Of a DNA stretch of 58,799 nucleotides, positions 35,246 through 43,812 are shown piece by piece (the stretch's first letter is position 1; every line of letters begins with the position of its first letter). Source of the DNA: an uncultured Candidatus Saccharibacteria bacterium. GTDB taxonomy: Bacteria > Patescibacteriota > SICC01. The stretch is from contig CAZGHP010000003.1 in the NCBI GenBank assembly GCA_964525455.1, forward strand, positions 1-58,799. The letters are read 5' to 3'. The position numbers and the translations under genes are program-made. The notes below the pieces were generated by a model. That model had not been told where the DNA came from. It saw only the letters and a program-made list of their open reading frames with translations, and ran no database searches.

Positions 35246-35686
35246 TTAGCTGTGACGAGTCGGCCCCACAGGCCGCGCGTCGTCCGGGAGTTGTCTCTGT
35301 ACGTGCTCGAAAAAGACCGCCTCCCAGGCGGCCTTGTCTCGAAAGTACGTCTCGCGGTCATGGTTCGGGAAACGTCGGACGGCCGGGCTGTCCACAAACC
35401 CGAGCGTGTCCCACATCCGCTTGACGGCTTCGGCGGCCGTGAACGGGAGTGCGGTCTCGGCGACCCGGATGAACCCCCGCCGGCAGAGGGCCGCCAGCTC
35501 TTCCGATCCGACTCCTCGTGCGGCGGCGACTTCGACGGGGTCGACCCGGATGTCGATTTCGCGGTATGCGTCTGCTAAGACGCCACGCGGCACGTGGTCC
35601 AAGTGGCGCTCGGGTGAATCCGCCTCCGGGGATTCCAGGATCCGCTCGGCCATTCCTGCCATCCGGGCCAGTGCGTTACGCTCCAT
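35246..35686 (-). CDS. Hypothetical protein (146 aa), orphan
   Basis: Balanced amino-acid composition, unlike the overlapping Arg/Pro-rich + strand ORFs. No motif recognised. Confidence 0.45.
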   Translation of the reverse strand: MERNALARMAGMAERILESPEADSPERHLDHVPRGVLADAYREIDIRVDPVEVAAARGVGSEELAALCRRGFIRVAETALPFTAAEAVKRMWDTLGFVDSPAVRRFPNHDRETYFRDKAAWEAVFFEHVQRQLPDDARPVGPTRHS

Positions 35687-35834
35687 ACCTAATTCTAGCG
35701 GGTAAACCGCGGTCTTAGGAAATTCGGCCGGTCCCGGTCGGCGTTACCGATATGTACCGAGTCCGCAAGCCTCGATTTTGGAGGAAATAACCACATAGTG
35801 TTGTAAAAAAGTACCTTGGTTATGGGTTTTCCCC

Positions 35835-35862
35835 TTGACAAGCGTGGATTCCTCCCTATAGT
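35835..35862 (+). promoter_or_regulatory. Sigma70-type promoter (TTGACA-16-TATAGT)
   Basis: Consensus -35 at 35835-35840 and -10 at 35857-35862, in an AT-rich intergenic region. It would give a leader of about 250 nt before CDS 36118. Confidence 0.55.
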
Positions 35863-36049
35863 GGACAAGCAATCTGGCTGCGACTGTCGAAACGATGCTC
35901 GCCGGCCGGTGCGCGCACCTTAGCAACCAGTGACTGCGACTTGACCAGGACTCTTTGGTCTCCTCGTGCGTGGCGGTGCTGCGTTCTTTTGGGCGTTGAG
36001 CGTGATTGTCCCACATGCCCGATGCGCCGCCGGCAGGAGGAGGCCAAGG

Positions 36050-36121
36050 ATGTTTCTCGGTTTCGACAAAACAGGCCCGCCGACCGGCGAGCCGCGGATA
36101 CGAAAGGGTGATCCCCTATGA
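36050..36121 (+). CDS. Candidate upstream leader peptide (23 aa)
   Basis: ATG at 36050 is preceded by AGGAGGAGG (36035-43, 6-nt spacing). Encodes MFLGFDKTGPPTGEPRIRKGDPL. Its TGA overlaps the ATG of the main CDS (ATGA at 36118-36121). There is no conservation evidence. Confidence 0.2.
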   Translation: MFLGFDKTGPPTGEPRIRKGDPL

Positions 36122-37017
36122 TTACGAAGCTCATGATGAGCCTGGTGCTGGGGGTAGTCATCCTCGGTACCGCAGGTGTTGGGTCGGCGAATGCCCAGTA
36201 TTTGCCGCCGCCCCTCTTCTATTGCGACGGGCGCTCGCTTGATCCCAATGACTCCTCGAAGGAGTGCCGGGTGGGCCAGGAGGTGGTGGCGGTAACGCGC
36301 CAGAATCTCCTCGATCCGAATGATACGCCGGTCCCGGCCGATTGGGACCCGGACTGGCACTTGGAGTACGTCGACGGAAAGCCCGTCGACACGTTCGCCC
36401 CCGAGCAGTTCGACACGACCACGTTCCGGTACGTGTATACGGTGCCGGGCACTTACAGCATTGAGTTCCGCACCGACGATGGTCGGCGCGGAGGTACGGG
36501 AGTCACCATTCTCGATTCCTCCATCCTGACCCGTGAGCCCGCCTTCAAGGTGACGGGTACGGGGTACAAGGCCGAGGGTGAGGACGGAAGTTGCTCGATT
36601 ACCCGGAGGCTGTATTACCGGGCGTATCGGGATCACAGCTACCGTTACGGCTTGAGGCTGAGCTACCGGTCTAAGTACCGGAAACAAGTGTCCGGATCGA
36701 AGCGGTACCGCCGCATCGTGCAAAAAGGCCGGGTAGCGGCGGTGCAGCAGCCGTGGATTGCCGATACTGCGTCCGAGCGGATCCGGATTAAGCAGTTCGG
36801 TCTGTCGTTCGATTCCGATCGAAAGATCCGTCTTTTGATCAACCGACGTGCCCGAGCCATCCTGACCCTCCGTGAGCGGGCCGTTGATGCCAATGGCACC
36901 CTCTACTACAAGTCGAGCAAGCGTTTCTTCAACCTGGAGAAGTGTAAGTTCGGCCGGAAGGTCGGAGCAACAACGCAGTCCAAGACAAGGTCAACGAAAC
37001 GATTGTCCCGTCGTTAG
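36118..37017 (+). CDS. Secreted protein with a PKD/Ig-like segment and a very basic Arg/Lys/Tyr-rich C-terminal half
   Basis: Signal peptide MITKLMMSLVLGVVILGTAGVGSANA. PKD-like stretch (FRYVYTVPGTYSIEFRTDDGRRGGTGVTILD). C-terminal RRLYYRAYRDHSYRYGLRLSYRSKYRK... Confidence 0.65.
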   Translation: MITKLMMSLVLGVVILGTAGVGSANAQYLPPPLFYCDGRSLDPNDSSKECRVGQEVVAVTRQNLLDPNDTPVPADWDPDWHLEYVDGKPVDTFAPEQFDTTTFRYVYTVPGTYSIEFRTDDGRRGGTGVTILDSSILTREPAFKVTGTGYKAEGEDGSCSITRRLYYRAYRDHSYRYGLRLSYRSKYRKQVSGSKRYRRIVQKGRVAAVQQPWIADTASERIRIKQFGLSFDSDRKIRLLINRRARAILTLRERAVDANGTLYYKSSKRFFNLEKCKFGRKVGATTQSKTRSTKRLSRR

Positions 37018-37033
37018 ACGTTTCGATCGTAAG

Positions 37034-37096
37034 ACGCCGCCCTACTATCTATGCCCTTCGGGGAATCACATAGGTACGGGCGGCGTTTTTTGTTTT
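37034..37096 (+). terminator. Strong intrinsic terminator
   Basis: Outer stem ACGCCGCCC (37034-42) / GGGCGGCGT (37078-86) encloses an inner CCC-TTCG-GGG tetraloop hairpin, followed by TTTTTTGTTTT. Confidence 0.75.
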
Positions 37097-37110
37097 CTTC
37101 CTACTAAGGA

Positions 37111-37139
37111 TTGACAGAATCCCTTAATAGTGGTACTAT
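37111..37139 (+). promoter_or_regulatory. Near-consensus sigma70 promoter (TTGACA-17-TACTAT with TGn)
   Basis: -35 at 37111-37116 and TGG-TACTAT at 37131-37139, about 33 nt upstream of the giant CDS start. Confidence 0.6.
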
Positions 37140-37171
37140 CACGTAATTTTGAATAAACATCTAACAAGCCT

Positions 37172-40100
37172 TTGGCCGTGCAAATAAATATCACCAACCG
37201 ATTCTTGCGATACCTGCAGATTGCCGCCGTGCTATGTGCTGGGTTGATTGGCGGTGCGACCGGTGGGGCTGGTGAGGCAGAGGCGTATCGCTACGTGGTG
37301 CCGACCACATCACACGGTGGCGAAGTGCATATCCGGACGACCGTTAACCAGGCGTATGTATCGCCCGACCCGGGATTCCCCGATGCTCCATCGGTCGGTT
37401 CGGCTGAGGACTCCATATCTTACATGCCCACCCAGTACCTGATTTTTTCCAAGAGCCCTCACATTCCCATTGAAATTAAGGGAGGGCGTTGGACGGGCGA
37501 GGGTGGTGATTGGGGCGATCAAGCCCGTAATGGGTCGATCCAAAGTGGGCATCGATTTGTCTATGAACTCTACCAACTGGGAAACTTGAACCGGGCCAGT
37601 GCGCGCAATCAGCGTTTAGCGGCAGTAGGCTCCCGCGATGGTTCTCATCCGGCTACTGCGAACGAGAATCACCATGCTGCTGATGGTGATTTCCACCAGT
37701 TATTCAATACGGGGTCGGTGAGCAATTCAGGGCTGACTTTCTTTGACCCTAATTACCCCCAATGGAATGGCTACTATGTGTTCCTCGTGAAAGTGGTTCA
37801 CGATCAGGATCAGAATAAGGGATATGTCGATCATGCCGATCGGTATATTAGGAGCTGGCCTCTCGACCCATTTTTTAACGGTGGAGCCACACGACCCTTC
37901 AGTGAATATGTCTATGTGCGTGGTTGTGCCGTAATCGGTGGAATTTATCCGACCCACCCCGATTCTTTGGTGGATTGTCCTGATAATTGGCGTCGCTCAG
38001 TCGCAGTTAACTTCCAGGGATTCGAAGTGGCGGGTAATGCTCACTGGCTCCGCGTTCCGGATACCGCCGGAGGACTTCCGACCCACCTGGCCAGTGCTCC
38101 TTCGCATCTCGCCTTCAATGTCCGGCAGAACTTTTACGGTGTTGCTTCCATACCTAGCAATCACGCGCAAACCTCTACCGGACTACACATCAACACGACT
38201 GCTCTGGAATGCCAGAACGCACCCAATGATTACATAACGAATACAGACTGGGACCGTTCCGCAGAAGTGCAGCCGGTAAACGCCCCTGAAGCAGAAATAC
38301 GGTTCCCGGGCCGGGGATCCGTCCAGATAGATCCTGGCGCCAATGATGGAAATCCGAACTGGTTTCCCAGTGGGCTGGGGCATGTCGGAGTCTTTCCCTT
38401 GTCCGCGGTTGGCATTGGACCCAATGTCGGATCTGCCGTGAACCTCTTTAGCTTTGGGAAAAGGAACCAGCTCTACATAGGCGGTACCTGGTTCACCACG
38501 GGACCATTAGTGGGCTGCCAGCCCAACAACATGCTCATCAATCCGTTAACCCCTCGGAATGTCTTTTCCGGCAATTACTACAACGGCCGCGATTCGTTCT
38601 CGGTCACGTCCGGCCATACGCAAGGACAGCTGAACTTCTCATTCCAGTACCACCCGCAGAACCCCTCCTTGGGTCGGGCGGACTGGCGCGTCGAGATTGC
38701 CGGCGTCGGTACAGTCGGCAGTGGCGTCGATGTCTTCCACGACACCGTAGGTCCGAACCAATGGAACACCCGTACCGCGAGCAATGTGGACGTGGGTGGC
38801 CTGGCCGGCGGGGTCCAGAACTGGCGTGCCTGTGTCGTAGCCACGAACCGGACATTCTGCTCCGGGTACATACCGTTCTGGGTCAATAACGGTCCGACTG
38901 CTCAGGTCCTCTCCCCGGGGAACGGCGCGAACGTGAATCACAACCAGTGCACCGCGTTGACTGCCCGTGTTACCGATACCGATACCGGCCAACGCGTCGG
39001 CACCCGCTTCAACCTCGTTTGGAACGACAGTCGTGGCTCGAACGTAGTCTACACACGGCTCTATGACTACTCGAGGATCAAGGCGAGTGGTTCCACGTTC
39101 TCGGCCGATGAACTCCGGGTCGAAAGCTGGCAGACGAACGGTAGCAATCAATCGTTCCCGGGAAACATCATCCTGACGAACTTCATCCGGCAGTACATCC
39201 CGGACGGTGCCAATGTCACCTGGAACGCACGGGGATATGACGTCCTCGGTGCATCTGACCTGACTGACGGCCGGCGGAACGATGCCGCTTTGCTTGGCGG
39301 ATTCGTCGCGCTGCTCGATAGCCTACAGCCGCGGACCGGCAACTTCCGCTGGGGCATGGCCGCTTCCGCCTCCTTCCACCGCAACACCCGTCCGAACCTG
39401 GCCGGAAACCAGACCTCCAAACAGCTCTTCGACCTGAGTGACAGCGGGTTCGCGACACCGCTGACCCATGCCACCGACGGCCAGACCGTCCGGGTGCGGA
39501 CGACCATCACCAACTCCGGTGAGACGCCGACCCCGTTCTATCAGATTTACGACTACCTCGGCAGTACGCGCGACTTCGAACGGCCGAAGAACGTGAATAT
39601 CCGCAAGGGCGCGGGCGGCACCAAGGTCGCCATCCCGGTCAATCAGCTCAACAGCCTGGTCCGGCAGGTAAAGGTCAACAATGCCGACAACCCCGGTGCG
39701 GACAGCTTCGGTCCGTTCCCCACGGACAGCGCGGACTACCGCAACTCCGCCTGGCGGATCGACTTCGGTACGAACACCGCTGCCGGATCGCTGCTCAACC
39801 GGGCCGCCGGCTCCGGTCAGCTGAACCCCGGTGAGCAGATCATCATCGAGTACACCGTACGGGCGGACCGCAACCAGGACATCACCGACCCGCGGCTGGA
39901 TCCGGATGCTGCCGACCAGGAAGGAAACTTCCAACGCCGCCAGCCGGTGGGAGGCGTCCGCGGCGGAGTGATGCCGTCCGACACCCACACCCACCTCTAC
40001 TACCAGGAGGACTTCTGCAACGCTGCGGTCCGGGTCCGCAAGAACCCGGAATTCCGCCAGGGTGACGTACTGGCACCGTGGCTGCGGGCCGGACGCGGTT

Positions 40101-40885
40101 CGGTGCACTCCAACCAGGGTATCTTCGGCTACGACAACGCCGGCGAGAACAACGCCACCTTCACGGTGACGGCGAACGGAGCGATCTTCCACTTTACCGG
40201 CCAGAATGCGTTCGCCGGCTACCGGGCCGCGAACCAGAAGTGTCGCCAGGACGGAGGCGTGGACTGGCGGAAGGAGATGTCCGGCAACGCGCAACGCCTG
40301 ATCAACGACCCGCACGAGACCAACGTGCAATCGTTCAACAACGCCGGGAACGTCGTGAACCTCCAAGGTCGGACGTACGTGACGAACGACCTCACTATCG
40401 GATCCGATAAGGAGATTCGGGGCACCGGTACGCTGGTGGTCCGCGGTACCCTGCGGATCAACGGCGACCTCCGGTATCGTGCCAGCGGCGGGACCGGGAT
40501 CGATTCGTTCGGCGTGATCGTGCTCGGTAACCTTGAGGTCGATTCGGACGTACAGAACCTCGTAGGCAGCTACTACGTGTCGGACGTCGAGCTTGACGGC
40601 GGGAACATCGAATTCGACGACGACCAATGCCCGGTCTACAACCCGGCCGCCACGAACCGCGGCGTCATCACGACCGGCCGCTCCGCGCAGCAACTCGATA
40701 TCCAAGGACTGATGGTGGCGCGGCGGTTCGACTTCCAGCGCTACTTCGTGAACCCGGGAGCCAACCCGGATGCGCCGGCCGATGCCGCGGAGAACGTCTA
40801 CTATGACGGCCGAGTGGTCGCCAACACGCCGCCGGGATTCGGTACGTTCCGAAACACCGCCGCCTGGTATGAAATCGCACCGTAA
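37172..40885 (+). CDS. Large orphan secreted/surface protein (1,237 aa), first gene of the pilMNO unit
   Basis: TTG (37172) or GTG (37178) start. Signal-like segment IAAVLCAGLIGGATGGAGEAEA. Asn/Gly/Thr/aromatic-rich with spaced Cys pairs. C-terminal beta-helix-like run (GTGTLVVRGTLRINGDLRY...GVIVLGNLEVDSDV). No catalytic motif recognised. Confidence 0.85.
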   Translation: MAVQINITNRFLRYLQIAAVLCAGLIGGATGGAGEAEAYRYVVPTTSHGGEVHIRTTVNQAYVSPDPGFPDAPSVGSAEDSISYMPTQYLIFSKSPHIPIEIKGGRWTGEGGDWGDQARNGSIQSGHRFVYELYQLGNLNRASARNQRLAAVGSRDGSHPATANENHHAADGDFHQLFNTGSVSNSGLTFFDPNYPQWNGYYVFLVKVVHDQDQNKGYVDHADRYIRSWPLDPFFNGGATRPFSEYVYVRGCAVIGGIYPTHPDSLVDCPDNWRRSVAVNFQGFEVAGNAHWLRVPDTAGGLPTHLASAPSHLAFNVRQNFYGVASIPSNHAQTSTGLHINTTALECQNAPNDYITNTDWDRSAEVQPVNAPEAEIRFPGRGSVQIDPGANDGNPNWFPSGLGHVGVFPLSAVGIGPNVGSAVNLFSFGKRNQLYIGGTWFTTGPLVGCQPNNMLINPLTPRNVFSGNYYNGRDSFSVTSGHTQGQLNFSFQYHPQNPSLGRADWRVEIAGVGTVGSGVDVFHDTVGPNQWNTRTASNVDVGGLAGGVQNWRACVVATNRTFCSGYIPFWVNNGPTAQVLSPGNGANVNHNQCTALTARVTDTDTGQRVGTRFNLVWNDSRGSNVVYTRLYDYSRIKASGSTFSADELRVESWQTNGSNQSFPGNIILTNFIRQYIPDGANVTWNARGYDVLGASDLTDGRRNDAALLGGFVALLDSLQPRTGNFRWGMAASASFHRNTRPNLAGNQTSKQLFDLSDSGFATPLTHATDGQTVRVRTTITNSGETPTPFYQIYDYLGSTRDFERPKNVNIRKGAGGTKVAIPVNQLNSLVRQVKVNNADNPGADSFGPFPTDSADYRNSAWRIDFGTNTAAGSLLNRAAGSGQLNPGEQIIIEYTVRADRNQDITDPRLDPDAADQEGNFQRRQPVGGVRGGVMPSDTHTHLYYQEDFCNAAVRVRKNPEFRQGDVLAPWLRAGRGSVHSNQGIFGYDNAGENNATFTVTANGAIFHFTGQNAFAGYRAANQKCRQDGGVDWRKEMSGNAQRLINDPHETNVQSFNNAGNVVNLQGRTYVTNDLTIGSDKEIRGTGTLVVRGTLRINGDLRYRASGGTGIDSFGVIVLGNLEVDSDVQNLVGSYYVSDVELDGGNIEFDDDQCPVYNPAATNRGVITTGRSAQQLDIQGLMVARRFDFQRYFVNPGANPDAPADAAENVYYDGRVVANTPPGFGTFRNTAAWYEIAP

Positions 40886-40943
40886 GGTAGTATCAACGAA
40901 GTAAAGGGGATATGACACAAACACGAGAACGAAGGGGAAAGCG

Positions 40944-42032
40944 ATGAGTCTGTTCGGTCAGCAGAAACAGTTCTTCGGGCTGGACATCTCCGGCACCTCG
41001 GTAAAGGTGGTGGAGCTTAAGCAAGGCCCGTCCAAGCCGACGTTGGTCGCCTACGGCGGCATGGTGTTGCCGGTCGGTTCGATGCAATCGGACTCGGAAG
41101 TGGATCTCCAGAACGTGTCCAACGCGATCCGCCAGGTCGTGAAGAAGGCGAAGATCCAGGCGACGCACTGCGTGGCGGCCCTGCCGGGATCCGGCGTCTT
41201 CACCAGCATCATCCGGTTGCCGGAGATGCCGAAGGGCGAGCTGGCCGACTCGATCCGCTGGCAGGCCAAGCAGTACGTTCCCTCGCCGCTCGAAGAGGTC
41301 ATCCTCGACTGGCATGTCGTCGGGGAAGCGACCCACCCGGCGCTGCCGAAAGGCCGTCCGGGAAGCACGGAAGACCAGGCCAGCGGCAACAAGGAGATCG
41401 AAGTGATGATCATCGCCGCGCCGATCGCCCTGGTCAAGAAGTACGTGAAGATCATCACCGGCGCCGGGCTGAAGCCGCAGGCGCTGGAGATCGAGCCGCT
41501 TTCGCTGGCGCGTTCGGTAGTCGGCATCCGCGAGGAACCGGTGGTCGTGCTCGACATGGGGCAGGCTGGTTCCGAGATCTCGATCGTCCAGAACGGCGTG
41601 ATCCGGCTCAACCGGAACACCACCGCCGGCGGCGGGGCGCTGACCCGTGCCATTTCCCAGAGCCTCGGCGTCGACGCCAACCGTGCCGAGCAGTTCAAGC
41701 GCGACTTCGGCCTGCGCGCCGACAAGCTCGAAGGCCAGGTCCCGAAGGCGGTCAAGCCGGTGCTCGACACGCTGATGGCGGAAATCCGCCGTTCGCTCGA
41801 GTACTACCGTGAGCAGCCGCATTCCCAGATGGATATCCGCGAGATGATCGTAGTCGGCGGCACGGCCCGCATGCCGGAACTGCTGGCGCTGCTTTCGGGC
41901 ACGTTCGGCCTGGAGACCAAGATCGGCGACCCGTGGGCGAACGTGAACTACGCGTCCGGACTCAAGCAGCAGCTTTCCGAATTGGCACCGTCGTTCGCGG
42001 TCACCGTCGGACTGGCGATGCGTGAGGAATAA
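40944..42032 (+). CDS. pilM: Type IV pilus assembly protein PilM (actin-like ATPase fold)
   Basis: FFGLDISGTSVKVVELK phosphate-1 motif, VLDMGQAGSEISIV and MIVVGGTARMPEL. SD AAGGGGA upstream. Confidence 0.9.
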   Translation: MSLFGQQKQFFGLDISGTSVKVVELKQGPSKPTLVAYGGMVLPVGSMQSDSEVDLQNVSNAIRQVVKKAKIQATHCVAALPGSGVFTSIIRLPEMPKGELADSIRWQAKQYVPSPLEEVILDWHVVGEATHPALPKGRPGSTEDQASGNKEIEVMIIAAPIALVKKYVKIITGAGLKPQALEIEPLSLARSVVGIREEPVVVLDMGQAGSEISIVQNGVIRLNRNTTAGGGALTRAISQSLGVDANRAEQFKRDFGLRADKLEGQVPKAVKPVLDTLMAEIRRSLEYYREQPHSQMDIREMIVVGGTARMPELLALLSGTFGLETKIGDPWANVNYASGLKQQLSELAPSFAVTVGLAMREE

Positions 42033-42051
42033 ACCGAAGCTACGAGGACCC

Positions 42052-42780
42052 ATGCCGACACTCAACATCAACCTCCTGCGCAAAGAGCAGCGGCAAGTGG
42101 ACCGCCTCTCGCAAGCGACGATCATCGTCAGCGTGGTGTCCGGCTCGATCGTGGTGCTGACGCTCCTGGTCGTGGTCTTCCTCTACACCACGATCGCGAT
42201 CCGCGACGGCCAGAAGAACGGCCTGATCGAGGACCGGCAAGGGTTTGCGAAAGAGACGGAACAGCTTTCCGACCTTGACCAGCCGTTCTACCCCGAGATG
42301 TCCCTGGCAGAGCAGGCCAAGGCGTACCAGCAGCAGGTGGACGGACTCCGCGAACTGATCGACAACCACAAGTACTTCACGCTGTACCTCTCGGAGATCG
42401 CCGTGAACACGCCGCTTTCGATCATCTACGAATCGTTCTCCTCGGAGAGCAACGACCGGCTGACCGTGACCGGTCGCGCCAAGACCTACGGCGACCTCTC
42501 GAAACTGGCGAAGAAGTTCGAAAACCTCTCCTTCGCCCGTTCCGCGAGCATCCAGGATGCGCAGCTTGATCGGACGAACCGCACCTACCCGGTGCAGTTC
42601 ACCCTGATCATCGAACTGAAGACCGCCGCGGAGCTCAAGAAGCTGCCTGCCCCGGACCGGGGAGAACGCGGAGCCACCGCGACGCCGCGACCGAGTCCTA
42701 ACGCTTCGCCGCAGAGCGGCCCGTCCACCGCCCCGCCCGGATCCACATCCGACGTTCCATTACCGCTGGGGGCTCCCTGA
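42052..42780 (+). CDS. pilN: Type IV pilus assembly protein PilN
   Basis: MPTLNINLLRKEQRQ (INLLP-type N-terminal motif), a single TM helix, a periplasmic-type domain and a Pro/Ser-rich tail. Start set at 42052, after the pilM stop. Confidence 0.8.
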   Translation: MPTLNINLLRKEQRQVDRLSQATIIVSVVSGSIVVLTLLVVVFLYTTIAIRDGQKNGLIEDRQGFAKETEQLSDLDQPFYPEMSLAEQAKAYQQQVDGLRELIDNHKYFTLYLSEIAVNTPLSIIYESFSSESNDRLTVTGRAKTYGDLSKLAKKFENLSFARSASIQDAQLDRTNRTYPVQFTLIIELKTAAELKKLPAPDRGERGATATPRPSPNASPQSGPSTAPPGSTSDVPLPLGAP

Positions 42781-43436
42781 TGGCCAAGTCACCGTTCAGC
42801 CTGAGCAGCCGGTATAACGTGATCGCGGCGGTCACCGCCGGGTCGTTGGTAGCCGTCATCCTGATCATCAGCCTGTTGGTCGCGCCGGCGTGGAACCGGC
42901 TGCAGGAACTGGGACAGGAGATTCCGGTCGAGCAGCAGAAGCGCGACCAGGCCGAACGGGACCTGGAGAACCTGAAGGGTGCCAAGGAGTTCTTCGAACA
43001 GCAGGCCTCAGCCGTGGAGACCGTGAATACGGCCCTGCCGGTCCGCGCCGAAGTACCCGGGATCCTGGTTATCCTGGAAGGCCTCGCGATCGATTCGGGT
43101 GTGTTCCTCGATGGATTCACGCCGCAGCAGCTCGGTCCTGATGCCGTCGCCGCGGCCGCTGGTACGCCGGAAGCCGACGTGGCGCCCGGCCAGGTGGATT
43201 CGCTGGAGGTCACCGCGAACTTCAGCGGCACGTATCCCGCGCTCCTGAACTTCCTCTATAGCCTGGAGCGGAGCCTGCGGATCGTGGACGTGAAGGTCAT
43301 CAACGTGAATGCCGTTGAAGAGACCGGCGCGATCACCGGCAGTATCTCGTTCCGTACCTATTACAAGACCGTCGAAGGCGGCCCGGACCAGCCGGCCCCC
43401 GCCGCGAGCGGCGCACCCGCGGGAGGAGGCACCTGA
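42780..43436 (+). CDS. pilO: Type IV pilus assembly protein PilO-like
   Basis: Single TM helix, coiled coil (QELGQEIPVEQQKRDQAERDLENLK) and core LEVTANFSGTYPALLNFLYSLERSLRIVDV. 1-nt overlap with pilN (TGATG). Confidence 0.7.
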   Translation: MAKSPFSLSSRYNVIAAVTAGSLVAVILIISLLVAPAWNRLQELGQEIPVEQQKRDQAERDLENLKGAKEFFEQQASAVETVNTALPVRAEVPGILVILEGLAIDSGVFLDGFTPQQLGPDAVAAAAGTPEADVAPGQVDSLEVTANFSGTYPALLNFLYSLERSLRIVDVKVINVNAVEETGAITGSISFRTYYKTVEGGPDQPAPAASGAPAGGGT

Positions 43437-43720
43437 TGAAAGGCTTACGGAACCTGGCACCCTGGCAGATCATCCTGACGGCGGTCGGCGTACTGACGGT
43501 CGTCCTGGTCGGCGGGTACTTCTTGGTGACCATGTTGACGACCACGCCTCCGGCTGAAGAAGTGACGGCGACCGTACCGGGCGACCTGGGCGGGGAACCT
43601 AACGCCGAAGTGCTCAAGGCGCTGGAGGTGTTCGAGGAGCCGCGGGAGCTTCCGATCGTGCCGGAACCGGTCCAGACCGTCGATCCCAACGCGCCGAGTA
43701 CCGTCAACCCGTTCGAGTGA
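43436..43720 (+). CDS. Small bitopic protein (94 aa) in the PilP position
   Basis: One TM helix and an acidic/Pro-rich ectodomain ending ...TVNPFE. TGATG overlap with pilO. Confidence 0.5.
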   Translation: MKGLRNLAPWQIILTAVGVLTVVLVGGYFLVTMLTTTPPAEEVTATVPGDLGGEPNAEVLKALEVFEEPRELPIVPEPVQTVDPNAPSTVNPFE

Positions 43721-43748
43721 CCCGTTCCGGATCCCGCGCCCCGACCCC

Positions 43749-43777
43749 TTGACGATTGGGCATTTTTATGCTATATT
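43749..43777 (+). promoter_or_regulatory. Sigma70-type promoter (TTGACG-17-TATATT)
   Basis: -35 at 43749-43754 and -10 at 43772-43777, in the AT-rich gap upstream of pilB. Confidence 0.55.
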
Positions 43778-43812
43778 GAGGTAATTTTCGTGGAAACAAT
43801 ATATACAAATCA

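Noticed and set aside
35101-35705. Plus-strand ORFs 35101-35424, 35252-35578 and 35334-35705.
   Set aside because: Arg/Pro/Ser-rich products overlapping the better-composed minus-strand ORF 35246-35686. I kept the minus-strand call, although it too is only moderately supported.
39323-42125. Minus-strand ORFs 39323-40924 (533 aa) and 40893-42125 (410 aa).
   Set aside because: They are antisense to the giant CDS and pilM respectively. Their composition is Arg/Val/Gly/Asp/His-rich with no motifs. The sense strand has PilM motifs and consistent codon bias.
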